A stretch of DNA of 40,105 bases from Clostridia bacterium. Its GTDB lineage: Bacteria > Bacillota > Clostridia > Christensenellales > UBA1242. A program made the translations under genes and the position numbers. The stretch lies in the NCBI GenBank assembly GCA_028694075.1, contig JAQUUD010000001.1, positions 1 through 40,105 of the forward strand, read 5' to 3'. The notes below the pieces were generated by a model. The model had not been told where the DNA came from. It made no database searches and saw only the letters and a list, made by a program, of their open reading frames with translations. This document shows positions 7,992 to 15,956 of the stretch, one piece after another; the stretch's first letter is position 1; each line of letters begins with the position of its first letter.

Positions 7992-8531
7992 ATGAAAAAA
8001 GATAATATTTCACAAACCGATATATGTTTACCAAATGAATTACAAGAAAAAGAAACGCAAGAAAATACGCCTGAATTAACTATTAATACAACTGATCAGA
8101 AAAAAGAAAGTTTTATTAAATTTTTAACTTCGCTTTATCAAAATGCTTGCACAGCGATGCAAAGCATTGAAGATTTGCAACCAAAAGTTGAATGTGAAAA
8201 TTTAAAAAAAGAACTGTCAAATCAATTAACAAATTATGACATCATTGCACGGGAATGTGAAATGATTGCAAAAAGCGAAAATATTGATTTGAAAGACAAT
8301 AACATAATTGAAAAAATAAAACTTTGGGGTTCAATTAAAATGAGCACACTTGCGGACAAGTCCACACGACATATCACCGAACTGATGTTAATGGGCACTG
8401 TTTTTGGACTTATTCAAAATTTGAAAGATGCAGTTGATTATAAAAACATATGTCCGGAACTTGATGATTTGTGTCAAAAACTTACTGAATTAGAAGAAAC
8501 CAATTATCAAACTTTAAAAAATTTTATTTAA
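7992..8531 (+). CDS. Hypothetical helical protein
   Basis: 179-aa ORF with a good RBS (gaaaaggaaattttaatATG). It is predicted helical and I do not recognise a family. Confidence 0.6.
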   Translation: MKKDNISQTDICLPNELQEKETQENTPELTINTTDQKKESFIKFLTSLYQNACTAMQSIEDLQPKVECENLKKELSNQLTNYDIIARECEMIAKSENIDLKDNNIIEKIKLWGSIKMSTLADKSTRHITELMLMGTVFGLIQNLKDAVDYKNICPELDDLCQKLTELEETNYQTLKNFI

Positions 8532-8535
8532 AAAA

Positions 8536-8575
8536 ATAAAAAAAAGAATTGATTTCAATTCTTGTTATTTTTATG
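8536..8575. terminator. Bidirectional rho-independent terminator between convergent genes
   Basis: Stem aagaattg/caattctt with loop attt, an A-run before it and a T-rich tract after it. Confidence 0.5.
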
Positions 8576-8620
8576 AAAATTAATTTTTAACTTAATCATT
8601 AATGACATAAATTATTTTAA

Positions 8621-9709
8621 TTAAATAAACTCAAATTCTTTATCTGACGTTGTTGAATAAATTGTAATGCTTCCGTCATTATTTAAACATCTATTCAAGC
8701 CCATAAGTTTTCTTAAAGTTTTCATTGTGCTGTATGCGTGAATATCTTTATGTTCACCTTTTGCAAGAAAATACATATCAAGTTCTGTGTAAATATTTTC
8801 AACATCTAAAACCACAATAACCACTTTTTGTCCAGTTCTTGCAAGCACTGTTGCGTGATTTATTGCATTATTAACCGCTTCAAATGCATATAAAGGTTCA
8901 TTTTCAAAATAACTAACAAAATCTGTAAACTTTGTTATATATTTTTGAATTTTCAACAAACCGTCAGCTGGCACTCCAACTGCAACTATAAACAAAGAGT
9001 AGCCTTTTTTTACTAATTCATTTAACACATTTGCTTTTTTTTCAATAAATTCCATTCTGCTTGGGCTATAAATGTGTGTTTTTGAGCCTTCTTTAATATT
9101 ATCAACTATTTCAACATTGTCGTTTAATACGACATCTTTTATTGAGCAAAATTTTCGGAAACAATTTTCAAATTTTTTTCCGTTTAATTTTTCAATATCC
9201 CGTGCCATAAAATAATTTTTGCCTTTAACACCTGAAGCAATAACCGACAAATAATCTCCGGAAACTAAACCAAATTGTGCAACCAGCACATCAGGCACAT
9301 ATACCAAATCATCATCTGTTGTGCAAAAATAATAATCGTGATTGTGTTTTATGAGATAACCTTGCTTGTGTTCCATTACGCTATTAATTTCATTTTCTTC
9401 ATTTTGAGCAAACGGCAAGAACCTGTCAATTAAGATAGTATCCTTATTACGTTGTTCAGCAAAATCAAGAAGTTCCTTTGGTAATAAATCTTCCTGAAAT
9501 CCTCTTGCCATAAGTTTATTTTTAATCGGACGACCGGCTTTTTGTTTCACTGCCAATTTTTTTTCGCCTGACATAATTTGTATTATTTCATTTATCAACT
9601 TTTCTTTTTTCATAATTGTGGGAGAAGGCACGCCCCACATACGTGCGATGTTTCTCAGGTCGTGAACACCTAAATTTTCCAGTTGCAATTTTCTTTCTGC
9701 TAAATCCAT
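8621..9709 (-). CDS. Rho-derived protein: Rho_N domain, Rho-like RNA-binding OB fold and a degenerate RecA-like domain
   Basis: The N-terminus LENLGVHDLRNIARMWGV...KEKLINEIIQ resembles Rho_N. GYLIKHNHDYYF...LVYVPDVLVAQFGLVSGDYLSV parallels Rho GFGFLR...DIYVSPSQIRRFNLRTGD. The positions of Walker A (GSKTHIYSPSRMEFIE) and Walker B (VIVVLDVEN) lack GKT and the acidic catalytic context. Confidence 0.7.
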   Translation of the reverse strand: MDLAERKLQLENLGVHDLRNIARMWGVPSPTIMKKEKLINEIIQIMSGEKKLAVKQKAGRPIKNKLMARGFQEDLLPKELLDFAEQRNKDTILIDRFLPFAQNEENEINSVMEHKQGYLIKHNHDYYFCTTDDDLVYVPDVLVAQFGLVSGDYLSVIASGVKGKNYFMARDIEKLNGKKFENCFRKFCSIKDVVLNDNVEIVDNIKEGSKTHIYSPSRMEFIEKKANVLNELVKKGYSLFIVAVGVPADGLLKIQKYITKFTDFVSYFENEPLYAFEAVNNAINHATVLARTGQKVVIVVLDVENIYTELDMYFLAKGEHKDIHAYSTMKTLRKLMGLNRCLNNDGSITIYSTTSDKEFEFI

Positions 9710-9823
9710 ATTTTTCTCCTTTGTCTTATAAATGATATTCGTATATTACCTTATTTTTTGTATTTTGTATAGCCTTTCGACTATTGCAGACAAAAGCAAA
9801 CATATTTATATCAATTTCAGCAA

Positions 9824-9852
9824 ATTGTAACATAAGTTTGAATGGTTTGCAA
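9824..9852 (-). promoter_or_regulatory. Sigma-A promoter (extended -10) for the Rho-like gene
   Basis: The minus strand reads TTGCAA (9847..9852)-17 nt-TACAAT (9824..9829), preceded by TGT. Confidence 0.6.
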
Positions 9853-9956
9853 GTCTATTGTATAAAATTATCATCGTGCTTTCAAAATTAAGTTGAAATA
9901 ACCATACTTTTAATATAATTATTAATTTTTTTAATCAAAAAAGTTGCATAATCGGT

Positions 9957-10282
9957 TGGCGAAGTCAAACAAATCAAACGGACAAGTCGAACAAGTCAAA
10001 CGGACAAAGCGAGCGGGCGAAGCGGAGCGGAGCAGGGCGAGCGGGCGAAGCGGAGCGAGCGGGCGGAGCAGGGCGAGCGGGCGAAGCGGAGCGAGCGGGC
10101 GGAGCAGGGCGAGCGGGCGAAGCGGAGCGAGCGGGCAACAGTCAAACGGACAAGTCGAACTGGTCAAACGGACAAGTCGAACTGGTCGAACGGACAAGTC
10201 GAACTGGTCGAACGGACAAGTCGAACTGGTCGAACGGACAAAGCGAGCGGACAACAAGTCAAACGGACAAGTCAAACAAAAA
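9957..10282. repeat. GC-rich tandem-repeat array B (two sub-arrays)
   Basis: Sub-array 1 has 18-nt units gcgagcgggcgaagcgga and gcgagcgggcggagcagg alternating, giving a 36-nt super-period with about 3.5 copies (10009..10136). Sub-array 2 has the 22-nt unit ggacaagtcgaactggtcgaac in about 5 copies (10146..10240). The array is flanked by GTCAAAC(A/G) motifs. The + strand is nearly T-free. Confidence 0.9.
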
Positions 10283-10386
10283 GCGGGCAGGGAAGCAAAT
10301 TTTTGACCTTCAAGTCAAAAATTTTCAGCAAAACTGATTCAAGTTTTGCTGAACAAGCCTTTAAAGGCTTGTTCTTCCCTGCCCGC
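10283..10386. repeat. Nested perfect palindrome: 13-bp closing stem enclosing three hairpins, abutting array B
   Basis: Closing stem gcgggcagggaag (10283..10295) pairs with cttccctgcccgc (10374..10386). Arms are aaatttttgac-cttcaa-gtcaaaaattt, cagcaaaact-gattca-agttttgctg and aacaagcct-ttaa-aggcttgtt. On the minus strand it is followed by TTTTTGTTTG. Confidence 0.88.
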
Positions 10387-10533
10387 AATTTAGTTGGTAA
10401 AAATCCTAAAATATTAAATTATCTTTACAATAATCAATCAAATATTAATCTTACTTCAATTTAATTATTCTCAATATACTTTTTAAATTAAAATTAAAAT
10501 TCTTTACTGAACTTTTTATAAATAAATTTTTTT

Positions 10534-10599
10534 ATAAACTAAATTTTCTTATAAACTAAATTTTCTTATAAACTAAATTTTCTTATAAACTAAATTTTC
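10534..10599. repeat. AT-rich 17-nt tandem repeat, about 3.9 copies
   Basis: The unit ataaactaaattttctt is repeated perfectly at 10534, 10551 and 10568, with a partial copy at 10585. It lies just downstream of the ypeB stop. Confidence 0.9.
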
Positions 10600-10615
10600 A
10601 ATTGTTTACTAAAAA

Positions 10616-12175
10616 TTACATCAGTAAGTTTCCATTGTCTGTTTGAATAACTTTTAAAATATTCTCTTCTTTTCCGTTGCTTGAGTTAATATAAAAATAA
10701 TAATCATCACCGCCATATTTGCAAACAAATTCGTGACAAAGCACTTCTCTGCCGTAATCAAGAGGGATTAATGCCACTCTTTCTTGCGAAATTACATATT
10801 TCGCACCAATTTTGTTTCTTGCTGTATCAACCGACACACTGCCTTTTTGAAGACTTCTTTCAACGTGATTCATATAATATGAAGTTGCTTCATAACCCAA
10901 TACAATTCCATTATATAAATCAATTTTTAGTTTTACAAGGTCAGGATATAAAATTATATCATTTTGGACAGGTGCAAGATTAATAAAGGCATTTCCGTTT
11001 ACTGTGTCACTCCAAACAACTTTCATATTTTCAAGTTTATTCTTTTTTGCAAAGTCTAATGCAATTGCTTCAGCATTTTTTAAGGTAAGTTTTTTGCCTT
11101 TACTTCCTGACTCATTTTGATTAATGTTTTTTTCCTCAATTTCTTCTGTATCAACTTTATTCTCCACTATTTCGCTTTGTGTGGTTTCTTTGACATTTTT
11201 TTCACTTACATCAGGATCTTCTTTATTAAATTTAGTTGAATTTGTATTTTTATTTTTAAAATTTTCATAACTTTCGTTTTCTTCCTTATTTGCGTTATAA
11301 GCAGAAAGGGTCAATAAATGTCCGCCAACCTTGCTCATTTGCACAAAAGCGACTATATCTTTTTCATTTTCCTTTGCCTGAACTCTAAAATTATATGTTT
11401 GGAAATTGCCATTTGATTCATTTTCAAGTTCTACCATTTCATCGGTGTAATCACTGAAAATCTCTAGCAAAGTTGCTTTTGCTGTGCCTTCATCAACAGT
11501 GTTGCCTTTCAAGCCCTTAACTTCTTTTTTAACCTGAGAATCTGAGAACGGACCATCATAAATTAGAACCGGATATTCAACTCCTTCGGGCTTTATTGAT
11601 TTCATATCAATCGTGAAACCATTAAAATCACCATTTAGGCTATTCGATGTTTTTACAATACTATAACCATTCCACATATCTTTGGTCATTAGATTCAATG
11701 AATCTTTCATATCTAAAACGGAATCATAAATATTTTCAAGTTCTTTGATTTGGGTTGAACTTAATTTTTGCCCTTTGACCAAATTTTTACTTAAAGTTTC
11801 GGTGTAACCGCCAACTTGATTTATGAAAGCAATGCCTTCATCAAGGCCATTCATTGAATAAGGCAAATTGTTTAAATTTTCTTGTGCCATAACTGCATTT
11901 CTGCTGATTTGGTCAAGCATTTTTGCCTGATACTCTTCGTCAGTTGATGACAAGGTTTTGGCTAATTTGGTTTCAGTGTTGTTTATATTATCCACCAAAT
12001 CATAAAAATTCTTTTGATAAACATCTTCCAAATCCAGTGCAGTGTTCATTGCGTTTTGCATAGTTACTGCATAAAGAATTAATGTGATTAACAAAAGTGC
12101 ACTTAAAATCCAGACTGCAATCACCAGCGCTTTGTTATTTTTTATAATTTCTTTTGTCTTGCTTTTTTCTGCCAT
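10616..12175 (-). CDS. ypeB: Germination protein YpeB
   Basis: N-terminal TM anchor, YpeB-like middle region and C-terminal PepSY-like repeats. It lies directly downstream of sleB as in Bacillus and Clostridium. The RBS is aaaaaggagatt. Confidence 0.85.
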   Translation of the reverse strand: MAEKSKTKEIIKNNKALVIAVWILSALLLITLILYAVTMQNAMNTALDLEDVYQKNFYDLVDNINNTETKLAKTLSSTDEEYQAKMLDQISRNAVMAQENLNNLPYSMNGLDEGIAFINQVGGYTETLSKNLVKGQKLSSTQIKELENIYDSVLDMKDSLNLMTKDMWNGYSIVKTSNSLNGDFNGFTIDMKSIKPEGVEYPVLIYDGPFSDSQVKKEVKGLKGNTVDEGTAKATLLEIFSDYTDEMVELENESNGNFQTYNFRVQAKENEKDIVAFVQMSKVGGHLLTLSAYNANKEENESYENFKNKNTNSTKFNKEDPDVSEKNVKETTQSEIVENKVDTEEIEEKNINQNESGSKGKKLTLKNAEAIALDFAKKNKLENMKVVWSDTVNGNAFINLAPVQNDIILYPDLVKLKIDLYNGIVLGYEATSYYMNHVERSLQKGSVSVDTARNKIGAKYVISQERVALIPLDYGREVLCHEFVCKYGGDDYYFYINSSNGKEENILKVIQTDNGNLLM

Positions 12176-12286
12176 TTTTTTAATCTCCTTTTTTTTATTT
12201 TATATTAAAATAAGTTTTTTTCATATAATCTTAAAATTAGTTATAAATTAAATTAAAATTTTATGAGCGATTGTAATTTAATATAT

Positions 12287-12967
12287 TTAAATTGCAAAGG
12301 TGTGTTTTCCTATTGTTGTTACAACTTTTTTACCAAATATCCATTTATTGGTTGCTTTAACAGGGTTGTAATAGAATAAACAACCATATGTTGGGTCCCA
12401 GCCGTTTAAGGCATCTTGTGCCGCTTGATATGCAGTGCTGTTTGGCTCTAATTTGATTTGCCCGTCGTTTACTGCCGTGAATGCCCACGGTTGATAAACA
12501 ACTCCGCTTATGGTGTTTGGGAAATCAGGGCTTTTTACTCTGTTAAGAATTACGGCGGCGACCGCAACCTGTCCGGCATAAGGCTCGCCTCTGGCTTCAG
12601 CATATACACACTTAGCGAGCAAATATACATCTGAACTGGATTGATATTTTCCAGTTGAAATGCCAAGTGCTTTTAAAGTTTGTGGACCAATAATGCCGTC
12701 AACTGCCAGCCCATTAACTTTTTGAAAATATTTAATCGCTGTTTTGCTTTTTGGTCCTATGATGCCATCTATTGCACCGGTGTAATAACCCCAATTTTTA
12801 AGTTTTTGCTGTATTGCCTTGTTTTCTGAAACGGTGGCAGTTGTTACAGTATTTTCAGTATTAAAAAAATTATTATTCATATTAAGAGCGTGAATTGTTA
12901 GAACTGACAGTCCGCCAAAAAGCAAGACCGTTACCATAAAAACTGCAAAAAATCTTTTTCTGAACAT
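12287..12967 (-). CDS. sleB: Spore cortex-lytic enzyme SleB
   Basis: Signal peptide, two peptidoglycan-binding repeats (GIIGPKSKTAIKYFQ and GIIGPQTLKAL) and a hydrolase-2 domain (CVYAEARGEPYAGQVAVAAVILNRVKSPDFPNTISGVVYQPWAFTAV). Confidence 0.93.
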   Translation of the reverse strand: MFRKRFFAVFMVTVLLFGGLSVLTIHALNMNNNFFNTENTVTTATVSENKAIQQKLKNWGYYTGAIDGIIGPKSKTAIKYFQKVNGLAVDGIIGPQTLKALGISTGKYQSSSDVYLLAKCVYAEARGEPYAGQVAVAAVILNRVKSPDFPNTISGVVYQPWAFTAVNDGQIKLEPNSTAYQAAQDALNGWDPTYGCLFYYNPVKATNKWIFGKKVVTTIGKHTFAI

Positions 12968-13088
12968 ATCTTTTTCTCCTTATTTGCTATTATGTTGCAA
13001 ATATCAGCAAATTATTCAAAAATAAAATAAGATTATTCTGTTTGCAAAGCAATATGAAGTTAAAAATTATTATAGTTAAGGAGAAACA

Positions 13089-13607
13089 ATGAAATATTTA
13101 GCCATAACACTTTCAATTATTGCAATGCTCGGTATACTTATTTTTTCACAGCCTTTGGCAGTTGAAGCAAGCGATTATTTAAGAATTCATATTCGCGCAA
13201 ACTCAAACAGTGAACAAGACCAAAATGTTAAATATCAAGTTAAAGATGCTATTGTGGATTATCTTATTCCTTTATTATCCACTTGTGAAAGCAAGGAAGA
13301 TGCACAAAAAACGATTGAACAAAATTTAGTCAATCTTGAAGCAGTTGCGGATAATGTTTTAATGCAAAATAATTTTAATTATGCAAGCAATGCAAAATTA
13401 AATTATGAAAATTTCCCTGCGAGAAATTATGGAAACTTAACTTTGGAAAGCGGATTTTATGATGCTTTGATTATGGAATTAGGCGAGGCAGATGGCGATA
13501 ACTGGTGGTGCATTGTTTATCCGCCATTATGCTTCATCAACGGCAGTACATCTGTAAGTTCATATAAAAGTAGAATTTTAGAAATCATTAATTCCTTCTT
13601 TGATTAA
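13089..13607 (+). CDS. spoIIR: Stage II sporulation protein R
   Basis: Signal peptide followed by YLRIHIRANSNSEQDQNVKYQVKDAIVDYL and ...GDNWWCIVYPPLCF, which are SpoIIR hallmarks. The RBS is aaggagaaacaATG. Confidence 0.9.
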   Translation: MKYLAITLSIIAMLGILIFSQPLAVEASDYLRIHIRANSNSEQDQNVKYQVKDAIVDYLIPLLSTCESKEDAQKTIEQNLVNLEAVADNVLMQNNFNYASNAKLNYENFPARNYGNLTLESGFYDALIMELGEADGDNWWCIVYPPLCFINGSTSVSSYKSRILEIINSFFD

Positions 13608-13642
13608 AAAAAACTTTGTTTTGTAAATAATAGTTGATTAAA

Positions 13643-13743
13643 ACGGCGACTAAAAGGAAATTTTGCAAACGCAAAATTTTTCAAGATAAAATCTTGGGCT
13701 TGATTTTAAGCGTACGCTTAAAATCAAGCCTTTTAGTCGCCGT
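13643..13743. repeat. Nested perfect palindrome: 15-bp closing stem enclosing three hairpins
   Basis: Closing stem acggcgactaaaagg (13643..13657) pairs with ccttttagtcgccgt (13729..13743). Arms are aaattttgc-aaac-gcaaaattt, caagat-aaa-atcttg and the 32-nt perfect palindrome gcttgattttaagcg-ta-cgcttaaaatcaagc. Confidence 0.88.
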
Positions 13744-13929
13744 GTTCGCTTTCGTGCGATTTAATATGCTATATGTTCGTTCACTTGAAGTTAGAAAAAA
13801 TGCCAAAAGTAAATATACTTTCGACATTTTTTTAATCGTGTTTTTTGATTTTTTTTTAATAAAAACTAGATGTCTTTTATTATTAATTTATAATTACAAT
13901 TATATGTTTTTTATTAATGAATAAAATTT

Positions 13930-15489
13930 TTAATATTCAATGTTTTTTTTGGCTAAGAGGATTGAGGTCGGGTTTACATTTTTTTGATGATATATTATTA
14001 TGTTGCAGTTTTCGGATAGCGGGCTGTTGATTTCCGGATTTTGTTCAACTATCACTTCGGGGCGTGTTCTTAATTCTTTGGCGATGTCCCACATTTTGTC
14101 GCCGGTTTTGCCGAAATAAATTTCAATCGCTTCTTCTTTCATAGGAAGTGGCTCGCCCATTATTGCATCTGTTATCAAAGTGCCTTTTAAGGCTCCGAAA
14201 AATCTTACACTTGCTTTAATTTTGGCATCTAAAAACAGTTCTCTGCCCCGCCTTGCAATAACATCAACATCACATAAAACAAGTCTTGCACAGATGTTGA
14301 AACTTGCCTCCACTTCGGTTTTTTCTGATATTATATAAGGTAAATCTTTTTTAACGCAATTTATGGTTTGTGTTTCATCATTTAGATACACAACATTGAC
14401 GCTTACAATGCCTTCCAAAACGATTTCCCCGTCTTTAATGTATTGATTTGTTGGTTTTATAATGCCTTTTGACACACCTAACAATTTGTCAATTCTTGGC
14501 TCTTTTTCGCTTAGCGAAATGCTCCCTTCAATTTTGCTTTCAAAATACATTGCAGAAACAATTTTCGTTCTTTCATAATCATTGCTTACAATTTCCAAAT
14601 TATTTTTTAATGAAAATAAATCTGATGCACACGCAATTTTAATTTCTTCATATGCTTTAAAACACAAATCAAGAGGCACAGTAATAATTACATTTGAGCC
14701 GTTTTCAATGTTTTCTTGCTCAAACTTTAAATTTTCCTTTTTAACATTAATTTCAATTTCAACACTGGAGTTTTCTGACAATGAACCCACTTCAATCTCC
14801 CGCTTGAAACTTTCAACAGCCGATACTGATATAATCCTTTCTGTTTCTCCGCAAATAACGTAAAATATTTTTGTAAGCAGTTCACCTTGAACAATGAAAA
14901 AGTTTGCATTGCAAGTTATGTCCTTAATCACAACATCAGTGCAGACGGAAATAATTCGGTCAAAAGATTCCGTTATTGTGACTTTTTGTTCTTCATTGAA
15001 TGTTATGCAGTCATCTTTCAAAAGTTTTTGCGAAACAATTTCATCTTCTTTAAGGCATATATTTTCATCTCCGCCGTTTAATAATTCCAACTCGTTTACA
15101 CTTGTTATATCAACATCAAAATTAATAATAGAAGAAACCCTTGAATTACTTTCTTCAAAGTTTATATCGCTGATTGTTGCATTAAGATTTATTTTTGTTG
15201 TTGGATTAACATTTTCATTAATAAATTTAGTTAAAAATGGCAAACTGGTTTCCGCCGTACAAACTTTATTTTCACTATCAATAAAAACGGCTTCAATCAT
15301 CGCTTTGCCTGAAACACTGATTTCCTTTGTTAGTGGCTCAACACTATCAATCTGCGGGCAAGCATTAATCCAAAGCATTTTTTGAAAATCTCCGCCACTG
15401 ATGCTATTAATTGCACCGTCCAGCATAATTTGTTCACCTTTTAGTCTGGATTTTTTAATAAAATTGCATCTGCTTTTTTCAAATGACAT
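13930..15489 (-). CDS. DUF3794 (SPOCS) repeat protein with C-terminal LysM domain, probably spore-associated
   Basis: 519-aa ORF with RBS ggaggtttgaaatATG. It has repeated beta-rich SPOCS-like modules and a LysM-like C-terminus (IEIYFGKTGDKMWDIAKELRTRPEVIVEQNPEI..IIIY). Confidence 0.75.
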   Translation of the reverse strand: MSFEKSRCNFIKKSRLKGEQIMLDGAINSISGGDFQKMLWINACPQIDSVEPLTKEISVSGKAMIEAVFIDSENKVCTAETSLPFLTKFINENVNPTTKINLNATISDINFEESNSRVSSIINFDVDITSVNELELLNGGDENICLKEDEIVSQKLLKDDCITFNEEQKVTITESFDRIISVCTDVVIKDITCNANFFIVQGELLTKIFYVICGETERIISVSAVESFKREIEVGSLSENSSVEIEINVKKENLKFEQENIENGSNVIITVPLDLCFKAYEEIKIACASDLFSLKNNLEIVSNDYERTKIVSAMYFESKIEGSISLSEKEPRIDKLLGVSKGIIKPTNQYIKDGEIVLEGIVSVNVVYLNDETQTINCVKKDLPYIISEKTEVEASFNICARLVLCDVDVIARRGRELFLDAKIKASVRFFGALKGTLITDAIMGEPLPMKEEAIEIYFGKTGDKMWDIAKELRTRPEVIVEQNPEINSPLSENCNIIIYHQKNVNPTSILLAKKNIEY

Positions 15490-15588
15490 ATTTCAAACCT
15501 CCATCATTTCTTTATATTTTATTAAGAGAAATTGTAGAATATGACTAACCAGACAAATTTTAGGAAATAATCGAAATCAGGGGGCTTT

Positions 15589-15831
15589 ATGAAACGGAAC
15601 ATAATCGCGCTTGATGATATAAAAAAAAGAATACTTGAATTAAAGGGCAATACAATTAATATGGAAATCAACAAAGGTCGAAACAAAATCGACACTTTTA
15701 AAGCCATAATCATAAGCGTTTATCCCAGTGTTTTTACTGTTGAAGCATTTGTAAGCCAGAGGCAAAGCCGTTCGCAAACATTTTCTTATTTTGATGTTTT
15801 ATGCGGAGATGTAAAAATAACGCCAGTATGA
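15589..15831 (+). CDS. veg: Veg protein (biofilm formation stimulator family)
   Basis: 80 aa. It contains LDDIKKRILELKGNTINMEINKGRNKIDTFKAIIISVYPSVFTVE, which resembles B. subtilis Veg. Confidence 0.88.
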   Translation: MKRNIIALDDIKKRILELKGNTINMEINKGRNKIDTFKAIIISVYPSVFTVEAFVSQRQSRSQTFSYFDVLCGDVKITPV

Positions 15832-15850
15832 TATTTTTCATACCGGCGTT
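15817..15850 (+). terminator. Hairpin overlapping the veg stop codon (putative terminator)
   Basis: aacgccagtatg-atattttt-cataccggcgtt forms 11 of 12 pairs. The downstream T-tract is weak. Confidence 0.4.
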
Positions 15851-15956
15851 AATTATTAACATTTAAGTTCATTTCCATATAAATATTTTTAATGGAATTG
15901 ATATTTAAAATTAAATAAAGGAACTAATATTATTAAAATAATTTATTAAACAAAAT

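Noticed and set aside
9931-10306. Overlapping 114-aa (-) and 120-aa (+) ORFs across array B
   Set aside because: Both strands stay open because one strand lacks T and the other lacks A. The periodic RASGRSGASG and PLRPLALLR translations are by-products of the 18/36-nt repeats. Neither has an RBS.
13634-13924. 96-aa + strand ORF downstream of spoIIR
   Set aside because: It has no RBS and runs through the nested palindrome and AT-rich spacer. Its sequence is low-complexity and hydrophobic.
14894-15385. 163-aa + strand ORF, and other 60-150-aa ORFs antisense to tex, the cyclase, clpC, rpoA, ypeB and the GGGtGRT gene
   Set aside because: All are embedded antisense or out of frame within strongly supported genes. 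They lack RBSs and have low-complexity translations.
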